A DNA stretch of 60,663 nt, filler included. It is 3 parts of 3 records of this genome, joined end to end, with 100 filler letters (N's around TTAATTAATTAA, not from the genome) between each part and the next. Parts side by side here need not be neighbours in the genome. Positions count along the whole stretch, not along the records: positions 30,154 to 60,663 come from SRR2962707_2447; 2 more parts are not named here. One strand, written 5' to 3'. The translations under genes and the position numbers were made by a program. The notes beneath the pieces were generated by a model. It was not told where the DNA came from. It saw only the letters and a program-made list of their open reading frames with translations, and made no database searches. Of the stretch, positions 30,155 through 41,082 are shown piece by piece. Every line of letters begins with the position of its first letter. Positions within the stretch are counted from its first letter, which is position 1.

Positions 30155-33100
30155 TTCAACAACGAAGACGGCGGTGAACAGGGGAATTGGCAGGCATTTG
30201 ACGCCGACGGCAACCTTGTCGGAGAGGGCGTGCTGAACGCCTCGACAGTTGATTACAGCGGCTCGAGCAACGTCGGGACGGCGGAAATCTCCCTGCCCGA
30301 TGGTGAGTCGTTCCAATACCTGGTATTCACCTCGTCGGATACCGGGAACGATAATAATCAGAACGACTCGAGCGACTTCTTCATCCGCGCTCTGCAGTAT
30401 GAAACCAATGCAGAAGTGGCAGGTGAGGACGTCTTCACCTATACGATGCAGGATGCCGATGGCGATACCGCTTCGGCAACCCTCAGCATCGATGTTTCGG
30501 AAGAACAGGATACGACGGCTTCCGATCCGACACTGAATGTGACGGATGCCGCTGGCTTTGAAGATAATGCCATTCCGCTTGATATCGCCGCAGGCCTTGG
30601 TGATCTGGACGGTTCGGAAAGTCTCTCGATCAGCATTTCCGGCGTGCCGGCAGGTGCTGTTCTTTCCGCAGGGACTTACGATGCTGACAGCGATTCCTGG
30701 TCGATTGCACCAGAAGACATCGCTGGGCTGACGATCACGCCGCCTGCCGACAGCAACGAGGACTTCCCGCTGACGGTGACGGCGACGTCCACCGAAGCCA
30801 ATGGTGGCGATACGGCAACGACGACAGCGACAATCAATGTCGGCGTGACCGGTATTGCCGACATGCCGACCCTGTCACTGACCATCGGTGAACCCGAACT
30901 GACCACAACGGGTGGTGAGCCGGTTGAAACCACGATCAATGTAGACAACGTAACCGATGGAAACCTTGGTTTCTCGGTCACGGGGCGCTCCATCAATCAG
31001 GACGGATCGCTGACGGACGCATCGACGGACAACATCAGCTTCAATGCGAACCCGGTTGGTTTCGGCGTCTCGGGCGCTGCCTCGGGTGATCAGTCCGAAG
31101 TCGGTTTTGACAACCAGGAAGGTGTTTCGGAAGAACTGATCGTCAGCTTTGACAGCCCGGCATCCTCTGCTGACGTTTCTTTTGCCTGGATGCATCCGGG
31201 TGAGCAGGCGTCGTATGATCTGTATCTTGATGGCGTCAAAGTCGGTGAAGGTGTGATCACCGGTATTACCGACCAGATTGACCCGCCGGTGACTTTCACC
31301 GCAGAAGACGGCAGCCTGTTTGACCAGATCGTCTTCAAGGCACCCGACAGCGGTGATGATTATCTGATCAACTCGATCAGCTTTGAAACACCCACTGCAG
31401 GTGAAACGCTTGCCGAATACCCGCTGGATATCCAGTCTTCGCTGACCGATACCGATGGGTCTGAAACACTCTCGATCACGGTTGGCGGATTGCCGGAAGG
31501 TGCAGAACTTTCCGCAGGTACGCAGAACAATGATGGGACATGGACCCTGACCCCGGCTCAGTTGACGGGGCTGACCATGACCGTCGAGGCCGGGAATGAC
31601 GACTTTGAAATCCAGGTCACGGCAACGTCGACTGAAAACGACGGTGATACGGCATCGGTGACGGTGACCGCGGATGTCGGCGTGCCGAGTGGGGATCAGA
31701 CGGCTTCTGACCCGAACCTCACCGCAGGCGACGTAGGTGGGAATGAAGATACCGCAATCGCCCTGGATATCGCTTCCTCGCTCAGTGATACGGACGGCTC
31801 GGAAACGCTGTCGATCACGATTTCCGGTATGCCGGACGGCGCCGAGTTGTCGGCTGGCACCAACAATAATGACGGCACCTGGACATTGGCACCGGGTGAT
31901 CTTGACGGTCTGACGGTGACGCCGCCGGCCAATTCCAACGAAGATTTCTCGCTGACGGTAACGGCGACTTCGACGGAAAGCGCCAGTGGCGATACGGCGA
32001 CGCAAACCACCAGCTTTAATGTTGACGTCACCGGTGTGGCAGACACCCCGGGCGCTAGTGCGCAGAATGAAACCGGTGTCGAGGATCAGTGGATTCAACT
32101 GCATCTGGATAGCGCTATTTCCGAAGATACGGACGGCTCGGAAACCTTGTCGATCACTATCAGCGGCGTTCCGGAAGGTGCGCGCCTGAACCCGGGTACC
32201 GAAGTCGGTGACGGGGTATGGACTGCGACGGCAGCTGAATTGCCGAGTGTCTGCATCCTTCCGCCGGACGATTTCTCCGGTGAAATGTCGATGACGCTGA
32301 GCGTTACGTCCACGGAAGACGACGGCGACACTGCCACGACGGAAGTACCGTTCACTGTAAATGTGACGGGCGATGCCGATGCGCCGACAGTCAGCATCGG
32401 CAATGCTGCCGGGTATGAAGATCAGCCGATCGCACTCGATATCTCAGCGGCGCTGAGTGATACGGACGGCTCCGAAACCCTGTCGGTTACGATCGGCGGC
32501 GTTCCGGCGGGCGCCCAGCTTTCTGCAGGCATTAACAACAACGACGGCACCTGGACGTTGACGGGTCCGGAACTCGAGGGTCTCTCCATCACGCCGCCAG
32601 CAGACAGCAACGAAGATATGTCGCTGACGATTACGGCCACGGCTACCGAAGAAAACGGTGATACGGCCACAACGACGGGGACGATGAACGTCGCCGTGAC
32701 CGGTGTCGCCGATGCGCCAACCCTGTCGGCAACGATCGGCGAAGGCGTGGAAACGTCAACCGCCAGCGATATCACGATCACCAATATGGGTCAGGTCAGC
32801 GCCGGGTATAACAACAGCTACGGCTATTACGTCAAAGACGAAGACGGTAATCCCGGCGAAGGCATGGTGATCTGGACCAACGCCAAGGAAGATGTCGGAG
32901 ATACCTTCACGATTGAAGGCGTCGATCCGGACAGCATTGGCTTCTTCATTATACCGGACGGCGGTTCGCAGAACGGCAACCTTGATGCACAGACCCCGGT
33001 CACGTTCACTCAGGATCAGAACGGCAACTGGCAGGCTGTCGATGGCAACGGCCATGCGCTGAGTGCAGCAGGTGGCAGCGTGCTGTTCAATGATCCGGCC

Positions 33101-36100
33101 CTGAACAATGGTGACTTCGACTACACCACGGACAATTCAGTATCCGGTAATCAGAACTGGGAAGATCTGAATGGTGGCGGCGATAATGACTTTAACGACG
33201 TCAATGTGAACGTTGAAGTCACGAATAGCTCAGCCGGAAGCATGGTCGAGTACCCGCTGAACATCACATCGTCGCTGACGGATACGGATGGTTCGGAAAC
33301 CTTGTCGATCACCGTGTCCGGCCTGCCCGAGGGGGCCGAACTTTCCGCCGGCACGCAGAATAACGATGGTTCGTGGAGCCTGTCCGCCGGTCAGCTTGCC
33401 GGTCTTGTCATGACGGTTGCAGCCGGGGCCGAGAACTTCGAGCTTTCGATCACGGCAACTTCAACCGAAAACGACGGTGATGTTGCGACGGTCGGGGTGA
33501 CGCTGGATGTTGATGATGTGCCGGGTGGCGATAATGCTGCCGATGGCGTGAATCTCTCCGCAAGCAATGCCAGCGGCAATGAAGATACCGCGATTGCACT
33601 GGATATTGCCTCTTCACTGAACGATACCGACGGTTCGGAAAGCCTGTCGATCTCGATTGCCGGTGTGCCGGACGGGGCGACGCTGAGCGCAGGGACCAAG
33701 AACAACGATGGCACCTGGACGCTTGAACAGAGCGATCTGGCCAATTTGACCGTGACACCGGCTGATGACTCCGACGACAACATGTCGCTGACGATTACGG
33801 CGACATCAACGGAAACCTCCACCGGCGATACTTCTTCGCAGACGGCGACGATGAATGTGGCCGTGAATGCTGTTGCCGATGCGCCCACTCTGACCGCCAC
33901 GCTTGGCCAGGGTACTGTAAATCAGGGTGATCCGGTCGCAGGTGAAACCTCGACGGTCTTCTCTTCGAACTTCGGCAATTCCGATATCGGCTTCGTGCAG
34001 ACTGTAGACGGTTGGAGCACGAATTCAGATGCCATCGAGACGTGGGATTCTTCGAGCGGGGAAACCGGCGACGGTGCTTATGTCGAACTGAACGATGATG
34101 CTGTGGATCATTATGACGATGCAACCAGCATCAATCGTGATTTCCCGACTGAGGAAGGCGCGACATATACCCTGACATTCCGATATTCTCCGCGGCCGGG
34201 ATACGATGAAGACGTGAACCGGATGGATGTTCGTGTTGACGGCCAGTCTATCCAGACGGTGTCGGCAGACGGTTCAGGTAACTCTGATAACGTCTGGCAG
34301 ACCCAGACCATAACTTTCGTCGGCAACGGCGAAACCATGAACCTTGAGTTCCTGTCGACCGGCGAGGCACAGAATTATGGCCGTGGCATGCGCCTTGATG
34401 ATGTTGTGTTGACGGAAACCACTGCGGAAGAGCCCGGTGACGTAACCGTAGAATACCCGTTGGATATCTCGGCTGCCCTAACGGATACAGATGGTTCGGA
34501 AGAGCTGACAATCAGCATTTCAGATCTGCCGGAGGGGGCGCAGCTTTCTGCAGGAACCCAGAACAATGATGGTTCCTGGACGCTGAATGCCGGTCAGTTG
34601 ACCGGTCTGACCCTGACGGTTGCCGCTGGTACTGAAGATTTCAATCTGTCCGTTACGGCGGTCTCGACTGAAACATCAAACGATGATGCCGCGTCAACGT
34701 CGCTCTCGCTGTTCGTAGATGTGCCGGAGGTCAATACAGACAATGCCGCTGATGGCGTGAACCTGTCCGCAGGTGATGTCAGCGGCAATGAAGATGCTGC
34801 GATTGCGCTGGATATCGCGTCGTCACTGAACGATACGGATGGATCTGAAAGCCTGTCGATTACGATCAGCGGTGTGCCGAACGGGGCGGTGCTCTCTGCC
34901 GGCACGAAAAACAACGATGGTACGTGGTCACTGGAAAGCGGGGACCTGGACGGCCTGACGATCACGCCGTCTGATGACTCCGACGAAGACATGACGCTCA
35001 CGGTATCCGCAACGTCGACCGAAAGCGCAAGCGGGGATACGTCGACACAGACGGTTACCATGAACGTCGGCGTCAACGCCGTAGCCGATGCACCGACCCT
35101 CAGTGCTGTTATTGGCGACCCGGTCATCGGTGGCGGTGCCGAAACCGTGAATGTACCGCAGTCGATCATTGACGCCGCAAGTGCCGAAGACGACCGTACG
35201 GTTACGGTATCCGGAGTTGGCGAAGGTGTAATGCTCTCCGCCGGAACGGATAATAGTGACGGCACCTGGACGTTGACGGCTGCTCAGCTTGAAGGACTTT
35301 CAGTCAGCACGGAAGATGGCAGTGCTGCCGATCTTTCGCTTGGCTTCTCGGTCATTGATGCCGGTGGCGGTTCGGAAACCCTGGTGTCCGCAGACTTCTC
35401 GTCGGGTGCACAGGGATTTGTCTATAACGACGGTGTGTTCAGCGCCGATAATGCATCGTCCTATAACCAGTATTATGAAAGCGGGACGGCCAGTAACGGC
35501 AACCTCAGTGTCACGCTGGGTGGCGTTGACGGCCATGACAAAACGGACCTGTCCGGTGGTCACTCCATCAACTTCGATGTGGATGATGCAGGCAGCGGTA
35601 CGCTGACCTTCAACTTCCGGATGGAACGTGGTGCCAACTTCGAAAGCGACGAAGACGGCATGGTTGTCGTGTCCATTGATGGTGTCGAGTACGAAGTTGC
35701 CACACACCAGGGTGATGGTGATGGCGGCAGCAGTTATGACAGTGGTTGGCAGACGGTGACGATCGATGTCGGTGATCTTGGCAGCGGCACCCACACCCTG
35801 ACCCTTGGCGCTCAACTTGAAAAGAAAACCGCTTCTGACGAAGTCATGAAGGTGTCGTTCGACAATGTGAGCCTGTCCGTAACATCTGAAAATTCAGAAG
35901 TTGCTAGCGCAACTGTGGATGTGGATGTCGATGCTCAGAATGTGACGTTCGATCTTGATATCGACGCAGCACTAACTGACACAGACGGTTCCGAAACCCT
36001 TTCCGTCACTGTCTCTGATTTGCCGGAAGGTGCGACCCTTTCCGCAGGAACTCAGAACAATGACGGTACGTGGACACTGTCGCCGGCGCAATTGACCGGT

Positions 36101-38467
36101 CTGACCATGACGGTCGCCGCGGGTGCCGGTGACTTCAACCTTTCGGTTGCTGCGGTCTCGACGGAGCAGAATGGCGGAGATACCGCAACCACGACGACCA
36201 CGATTGCGGTCGACGTGCCGGCGGTTGTAGCCGACCAGACAGCCGATGGTGTGAACCTCTCCGCAGGTGATGTCAGCGGTAATGAAGATACGGCAATTGC
36301 CCTGGATATCGCATCCTCACTGAACGATACGGATGGCTCGGAAAGCCTGTCGATCACGATCGGTGGTGTGCCGAACGGGGCTGTACTTTCCGCCGGCACC
36401 AACAACAATGACGGCACCTGGACATTAAACTCAGGTGACTTGACCGGCTTGACGATTACACCGCCGGCCGACAGCAATGAAGACTTTACGCTGAGTGTGA
36501 CGGCGGTTGGCGCCGAAACCGAAGGTGGCGGATCCGCAACTCAGACGGCAAGCTTCAATGTTGATGTGACCGGTGTGGCAGACGGTGCCAGCGTCTCCGC
36601 CTCGGCGACACTTGTTGAAGGTCACCTTGGTGGAGGCGGTTCTCAGACAGGATCCCACCATGGTACAGGCAGTGGTTCGGGCCATGGCTACGACAGCGAC
36701 CTCATCGCCTTTTTCGAGGTGACAGAAGATGACGACGGTAATCAGATCGATAACCAGGTTGGCGGAAATGACGGCGATAATCACTACGTCGGCATCAACA
36801 ATAACAGCGATGGGCCGAGTGGGACTTCCGCCGTATTCGACGGCAACAACGACTACATCGAAGTCGATCACAGTTCCAATATGGAAGCCGAATCCGGCAC
36901 GTTCGTGCTGTGGTTCAATACAGAAGATGCAGACTGCAAACAGGGCTTGTTCTCAAAGGACTCCAGCGGATACGACAGCGGTGGTCACTTAACGGCTTTC
37001 GTTGATGATGGCCAACTTCAGGTTCGTATGCAGAGCACCAATTCAAGTTATATGGTGCAGGGCGGAGATGTGACCAGCGGTGCCTGGCATCAGATGGCCT
37101 TCTCGTACGGTCCGGACGGTATGCGCCTGTATCTGGACGGGAACCTTGTTGACAGCGACAGTTTCACAGGTGGCATGCAGGGCAATCAGGAACCTCTGAT
37201 CTTCGGTGCCAATCAGTGGACGAGCGGCGACGGGGTAGCAAATAACCTGCAGGACTTCTTCACCGGAGAAATGGACAAGATCGCTGTTTACGATCGTGCC
37301 CTGACGCCGACGGAAATCGCCAATATGCATGAGGCCGGTGTGTCGCAGGTCGTAACTGAAGAAGGCGAAACCCTGGTCTACGACCTGGATATCGAAGGCA
37401 CGCTTGTGGATGTTGACGGTTCCGAAACCCTCTCGTTCGAGGTGCGCGGTCTGCCGGACGGGGTCACGCTGTCGGCCGGTCAAAGTGACGGCAACGGTAC
37501 GTGGTCCCTGTCTACTGCTGATCTGAGCGGGCTGACGATGACCGTCGATCCGAGTGTCAGTGAGGACTTCTCGATCGAAGTCGTGGCCATTGATACAGAA
37601 AATGACGGCGACTCCGCAGAATCACCGGTCGTATCTCTGGATATCGATGTAACGATTGAAGAGCCGGTTGAAATCAACGGGACTTGGCAGAGCGAAACTC
37701 TTGAAGGTGCCGGCGGAAATGACTCGATCTCCGGGAATGATGGCCACGACAAGCTCTATGGCTTCGGTGGCGATGATATTCTCAACGGCGGGTCGGGGAA
37801 CGACTCCCTATTCGGTGACGCCGGTGACGACGTCATGGACGGCGGGACCGGACACGATTATCTGTCGGGTGGTGCCGGAAACGATACCCTCACTGCCGGT
37901 GATGGCGACGATACCCTTGATGGCGGCAGCGGCAACGACGATATGTTCGGTGGTACCGGGCATGATGTCATGCTGGGCGGCGAGGGGAATGACGACCTTG
38001 AAGGTGGTCATGGAGATGATCGTCTGTACGGCGGTGACAATGACGACGCGCTCGACGGCGGTACAGGTCATGATCGTCTTTATGGTGGTGACGGGAACGA
38101 TGTCCTCAGCGGTGGTGACGGCAACGACACCCTGCAGGGCGGAGCAGGCGACGATATCTTGACTGGTGGCTCTGGCCAGGACCGCTTCGAATTCGATACG
38201 CAGAGCGGCCACGACATCATCCAGGACATCATGGAGCAGGACACCGTTGTCTTCGAAGGTCAGGAGTTCCATGCCGACGACATGATCTTCAACGAAAACG
38301 AAGACGGGGACGTGGTTGTTTCCTTCGCCGGGGTCGAAGGTCAGTCGGTGACACTGAACGGTGTCAGCATGGACGATCTGGACCGGAACGGCGACGGCGA
38401 TATCAGCGACGGTTACTCCGTAACCGAATCGAACGGCTCGGTATCACTGACCATCGACTCGCAGTAA
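30155..38467 (+). CDS. Giant T1SS-secreted RTX adhesin (LapA-like), 5' truncated, more than 2770 aa
   Basis: Frame is open from the contig edge; many DTDGSETLSITISG.P.GA.LSAGT.NNDGTWTL Ig/cadherin-like repeats; inserted lectin-like domains; C-terminal GGxGxD RTX nonapeptides. Confidence 0.95.
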   Translation, partial: FNNEDGGEQGNWQAFDADGNLVGEGVLNASTVDYSGSSNVGTAEISLPDGESFQYLVFTSSDTGNDNNQNDSSDFFIRALQYETNAEVAGEDVFTYTMQDADGDTASATLSIDVSEEQDTTASDPTLNVTDAAGFEDNAIPLDIAAGLGDLDGSESLSISISGVPAGAVLSAGTYDADSDSWSIAPEDIAGLTITPPADSNEDFPLTVTATSTEANGGDTATTTATINVGVTGIADMPTLSLTIGEPELTTTGGEPVETTINVDNVTDGNLGFSVTGRSINQDGSLTDASTDNISFNANPVGFGVSGAASGDQSEVGFDNQEGVSEELIVSFDSPASSADVSFAWMHPGEQASYDLYLDGVKVGEGVITGITDQIDPPVTFTAEDGSLFDQIVFKAPDSGDDYLINSISFETPTAGETLAEYPLDIQSSLTDTDGSETLSITVGGLPEGAELSAGTQNNDGTWTLTPAQLTGLTMTVEAGNDDFEIQVTATSTENDGDTASVTVTADVGVPSGDQTASDPNLTAGDVGGNEDTAIALDIASSLSDTDGSETLSITISGMPDGAELSAGTNNNDGTWTLAPGDLDGLTVTPPANSNEDFSLTVTATSTESASGDTATQTTSFNVDVTGVADTPGASAQNETGVEDQWIQLHLDSAISEDTDGSETLSITISGVPEGARLNPGTEVGDGVWTATAAELPSVCILPPDDFSGEMSMTLSVTSTEDDGDTATTEVPFTVNVTGDADAPTVSIGNAAGYEDQPIALDISAALSDTDGSETLSVTIGGVPAGAQLSAGINNNDGTWTLTGPELEGLSITPPADSNEDMSLTITATATEENGDTATTTGTMNVAVTGVADAPTLSATIGEGVETSTASDITITNMGQVSAGYNNSYGYYVKDEDGNPGEGMVIWTNAKEDVGDTFTIEGVDPDSIGFFIIPDGGSQNGNLDAQTPVTFTQDQNGNWQAVDGNGHALSAAGGSVLFNDPALNNGDFDYTTDNSVSGNQNWEDLNGGGDNDFNDVNVNVEVTNSSAGSMVEYPLNITSSLTDTDGSETLSITVSGLPEGAELSAGTQNNDGSWSLSAGQLAGLVMTVAAGAENFELSITATSTENDGDVATVGVTLDVDDVPGGDNAADGVNLSASNASGNEDTAIALDIASSLNDTDGSESLSISIAGVPDGATLSAGTKNNDGTWTLEQSDLANLTVTPADDSDDNMSLTITATSTETSTGDTSSQTATMNVAVNAVADAPTLTATLGQGTVNQGDPVAGETSTVFSSNFGNSDIGFVQTVDGWSTNSDAIETWDSSSGETGDGAYVELNDDAVDHYDDATSINRDFPTEEGATYTLTFRYSPRPGYDEDVNRMDVRVDGQSIQTVSADGSGNSDNVWQTQTITFVGNGETMNLEFLSTGEAQNYGRGMRLDDVVLTETTAEEPGDVTVEYPLDISAALTDTDGSEELTISISDLPEGAQLSAGTQNNDGSWTLNAGQLTGLTLTVAAGTEDFNLSVTAVSTETSNDDAASTSLSLFVDVPEVNTDNAADGVNLSAGDVSGNEDAAIALDIASSLNDTDGSESLSITISGVPNGAVLSAGTKNNDGTWSLESGDLDGLTITPSDDSDEDMTLTVSATSTESASGDTSTQTVTMNVGVNAVADAPTLSAVIGDPVIGGGAETVNVPQSIIDAASAEDDRTVTVSGVGEGVMLSAGTDNSDGTWTLTAAQLEGLSVSTEDGSAADLSLGFSVIDAGGGSETLVSADFSSGAQGFVYNDGVFSADNASSYNQYYESGTASNGNLSVTLGGVDGHDKTDLSGGHSINFDVDDAGSGTLTFNFRMERGANFESDEDGMVVVSIDGVEYEVATHQGDGDGGSSYDSGWQTVTIDVGDLGSGTHTLTLGAQLEKKTASDEVMKVSFDNVSLSVTSENSEVASATVDVDVDAQNVTFDLDIDAALTDTDGSETLSVTVSDLPEGATLSAGTQNNDGTWTLSPAQLTGLTMTVAAGAGDFNLSVAAVSTEQNGGDTATTTTTIAVDVPAVVADQTADGVNLSAGDVSGNEDTAIALDIASSLNDTDGSESLSITIGGVPNGAVLSAGTNNNDGTWTLNSGDLTGLTITPPADSNEDFTLSVTAVGAETEGGGSATQTASFNVDVTGVADGASVSASATLVEGHLGGGGSQTGSHHGTGSGSGHGYDSDLIAFFEVTEDDDGNQIDNQVGGNDGDNHYVGINNNSDGPSGTSAVFDGNNDYIEVDHSSNMEAESGTFVLWFNTEDADCKQGLFSKDSSGYDSGGHLTAFVDDGQLQVRMQSTNSSYMVQGGDVTSGAWHQMAFSYGPDGMRLYLDGNLVDSDSFTGGMQGNQEPLIFGANQWTSGDGVANNLQDFFTGEMDKIAVYDRALTPTEIANMHEAGVSQVVTEEGETLVYDLDIEGTLVDVDGSETLSFEVRGLPDGVTLSAGQSDGNGTWSLSTADLSGLTMTVDPSVSEDFSIEVVAIDTENDGDSAESPVVSLDIDVTIEEPVEINGTWQSETLEGAGGNDSISGNDGHDKLYGFGGDDILNGGSGNDSLFGDAGDDVMDGGTGHDYLSGGAGNDTLTAGDGDDTLDGGSGNDDMFGGTGHDVMLGGEGNDDLEGGHGDDRLYGGDNDDALDGGTGHDRLYGGDGNDVLSGGDGNDTLQGGAGDDILTGGSGQDRFEFDTQSGHDIIQDIMEQDTVVFEGQEFHADDMIFNENEDGDVVVSFAGVEGQSVTLNGVSMDDLDRNGDGDISDGYSVTESNGSVSLTIDSQ
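30490..37660 (+). repeat. Intragenic Ig-like repeats of about 100 aa
   Basis: Recurring GATAC(G/C)GA(C/T)GG(T/C)TC(G/C)GAAA and AACAA(T/C)GA(C/T)GGCACCTGGAC; near-identical units start at about 33535, 34742 and 36238. Confidence 0.9.
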
Positions 38468-38488
38468 CGTCCTCGCTTTCAAAAAAAC

Positions 38489-38527
38489 AAACGCCTCTCT
38501 GGTTTGAGACCGGAGAGGCGTTTTTAT
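38489..38527. terminator. Intrinsic terminator, probably bidirectional
   Basis: AAACGCCTCTCTGGT-TTGAG-ACCGGAGAGGCGTTTTT. Confidence 0.85.
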
Positions 38528-38547
38528 TTCTTTGATTTAAGTGTGCG

Positions 38548-40863
38548 CTATTCCGCAGCGTCCTCGACGGTGGGGTCGGCCCTGAAGTGTGCCCAGCGCC
38601 GCATGCCGCCCCGGTTTTCCAGGTAATTGACCAGTGCAGTTACGGGTTTCCTGTCGAACTTGCTTTCCGACATTTCCATCAGGATATCCGATACCTTTCT
38701 GAACGGCATAGCGCCACGGTAGGCACGGGGACTGACCATACCGACAAAGGCATTGGCGACGGCCAGAATGCGTGACGTGTTGATGATTTCCTCTTCCTTG
38801 AGGCCGAGCGGCCCCTTGCCGTCCCATGTTTCGCCGAACTGACGGATGGTTTCAACAACAGGCCCTTCAAAGGTGACCTGCTCGATCAGGTCCACCGTCG
38901 TCAGGTAGGCATTGGAAACGAGCATGCGCTCTTCTTCCGTCAGATCATCGGTTTTCATCAGAAGCTCTTCGGGGACGAAAATTTTCCCGAGGTTCATCAG
39001 GCTGCCGGAAATATCGACTGTTTTGATATCGATATCTTCAAGGCCCATTTCATTGGCGATGGCACGTGAAACTTCCGCCACGCGCGATGAATGGTTGGCA
39101 GAGAACGGATCGCGGCGGTCCACGACACTGACCAGGGTATCGATCAGTTCTTTCATCATCTTTTCCGATTTCAGGCGGGCAACCTGCAACTCGGTAATAT
39201 CATCGATGACAAGAAGGCATCCCGGCGGATAGTCACGGTCACCTCTAAGCGGCAGCCCATCCACCTTGACCACCTGAAAGGCGTTTTCATCTTCAGGGTC
39301 CAGGACGTCGGGGTTACCGAACGTGAATATCTTTTGCTGGCGCTCAAAATCATCAATGACACGCTTGATCAGCGACGAATATTCCTGCGCTTTGACCGGT
39401 CCGATGACGGCAGCCATGGTCTTGCCCTTGATATCTGTAATCGGGATGCCGTTGGCTTCCGCAACGGGCATGTTGGCAAAGGTATAGACCGTGTTGCGAT
39501 CGACGGCACAGATCTGCGTCGGTTGATTGTCCGTCACCATGCGCATGAATTTGGTCAGGTTCTCAAAACGCTCCACCAGGACCTGAGCCCTGTGCAGGGC
39601 TTCCGATGCCCGCGCGGATGCGGCGTTCTTCCAGACAAACAGGATCGTCAGGGCCACGATGACGATAATCGCAATGAACACCCCAAGAATGAAGTTGAGG
39701 CGATTTTCAATTGGTCCCAGGGCTTCATCTCTTGAAACCTTACGCACCAGTATCCACGGCACCTGGGCAACTTCGCGCGATACCATCAGAACACGGTCAC
39801 CGCTGTAATCCAGGTTATTGATAAAGCTGCCGGGGATATTGATGGCTTCGGAAATCGCCAGATTGGGCGATGCCAGGGCCATGGTGCGTTTCAGGGCGCC
39901 GGTGCCGTCACGCTGCGGTGAGAGATACTCGACCTTTCCGCCGTCTTTGCGCACCAGCAGGGTTTCCGCTGTTTTGGTCAGGGTGCCGGGCTGCACCAGC
40001 TTTTCCCACAACGCGTCGTCGACAAGGCGTATGCCGACAACTGCGCCGATGCCCTTGGCGCCGCCGCCGCCTTCCTGCATGGCATAGACCGGCATGGCAA
40101 AGCCGATGGTCGGCTCACCACTGGCACCCAGATACATGTCGATAATGGCCGGGTCTCCGTCCAGCGCTTTGCGGACGGCTTCCTTGATGCGTCCGGTAAT
40201 CGGCGGCATGTCGGGTGTGGATATGATGGGTTCGGCATTCCTGTCGACGAGGCCAAGGCCGGCAACGCCGACACGTTCCACATTGGCGGCGATTTCACCG
40301 ACCGGTGGCGGGGCTTTGAACGGTGACCGTTCCGCCGTGGCAATCAAAAGGTTCCTGAGGAACCCTTGTGATGCGCTGGCGCCGATACCGGCGCCGCCGG
40401 ACCCGCTGCCGTCCAGTCCCTGAAGCAGGGAATCAGCCGCTGAAAGGCCCTGATCGGCAGGTGCCGCAGCCGTATCTCCTGCCGGTGCGGCAGACGCCAG
40501 TTCCGACATGTAAAGTTGCAGAGAGGCGTTCTGCGTCAGCTCGCGCAATACCTTGAAGTTGTCGTCGATCCAGTCGTTCACGGCGCCGACGCGGGAGTCG
40601 GCGACGATGCCGAGCCTGACCTGCCAGGCCTGGGTTTCACGCTTCATCTCCTCATCGACGTAGAGCTTGGCGAGGATCAGAGAGCCGACGAGTAGCAGGC
40701 CGATGAAAACGGCACCCGCCAGGAAGTACTTGTTCACCTTGCGGGGCGGCAGTTCCTGCTCCTTGCGGACAGTGTCATCAATTGCGCTCGACGAAACGCC
40801 ATCCTGCTTTTCAGGCTCTTTCGTTTCGTCACTACTTTGCTTGCGGCGAAGCCTTAGCGCCAT
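38548..40863 (-). CDS. Membrane sensor: TM, periplasmic Cache-like domain, TM, PAS, degenerate HD-GYP
   Basis: Two TM segments; RDPFSANHSSRVA, ETWDGKGP.GL, SRILAVA.AF..M.SPRAYR HD-GYP scaffold with most metal ligands substituted. Confidence 0.88.
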   Translation of the reverse strand: MALRLRRKQSSDETKEPEKQDGVSSSAIDDTVRKEQELPPRKVNKYFLAGAVFIGLLLVGSLILAKLYVDEEMKRETQAWQVRLGIVADSRVGAVNDWIDDNFKVLRELTQNASLQLYMSELASAAPAGDTAAAPADQGLSAADSLLQGLDGSGSGGAGIGASASQGFLRNLLIATAERSPFKAPPPVGEIAANVERVGVAGLGLVDRNAEPIISTPDMPPITGRIKEAVRKALDGDPAIIDMYLGASGEPTIGFAMPVYAMQEGGGGAKGIGAVVGIRLVDDALWEKLVQPGTLTKTAETLLVRKDGGKVEYLSPQRDGTGALKRTMALASPNLAISEAINIPGSFINNLDYSGDRVLMVSREVAQVPWILVRKVSRDEALGPIENRLNFILGVFIAIIVIVALTILFVWKNAASARASEALHRAQVLVERFENLTKFMRMVTDNQPTQICAVDRNTVYTFANMPVAEANGIPITDIKGKTMAAVIGPVKAQEYSSLIKRVIDDFERQQKIFTFGNPDVLDPEDENAFQVVKVDGLPLRGDRDYPPGCLLVIDDITELQVARLKSEKMMKELIDTLVSVVDRRDPFSANHSSRVAEVSRAIANEMGLEDIDIKTVDISGSLMNLGKIFVPEELLMKTDDLTEEERMLVSNAYLTTVDLIEQVTFEGPVVETIRQFGETWDGKGPLGLKEEEIINTSRILAVANAFVGMVSPRAYRGAMPFRKVSDILMEMSESKFDRKPVTALVNYLENRGGMRRWAHFRADPTVEDAAE

Positions 40864-41082
40864 GCCGTCCCCCCTAGATTGCGTCTATATCGAAGAATCA
40901 TGATAACCGGTTATAAAGACAAGCGGAATCCCTTCGTTTGCAGGAAACTACGGTGTGTTCCAGCGCACTTTCATGGGGATCGCTTTAGGTATATATTCTG
41001 TTTCATGGAAACTATTTTTTCCTTTGCTATCAATAGGCTGCAGTCAGGCAGATGCCTTTGTAAAGATGCTGTCCGCAAGGCA

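Noticed and set aside
30490-37660. Regularly spaced DNA repeats resembling an array
   Set aside because: They are in-frame, wobble-diverged protein domain repeats, not CRISPR; no cas genes are present.
40903-40914. ATAACCGGTTAT palindrome between the HD-GYP gene and lapG
   Set aside because: A single 12-bp palindrome with no second copy or recognisable regulator; too weak to call.
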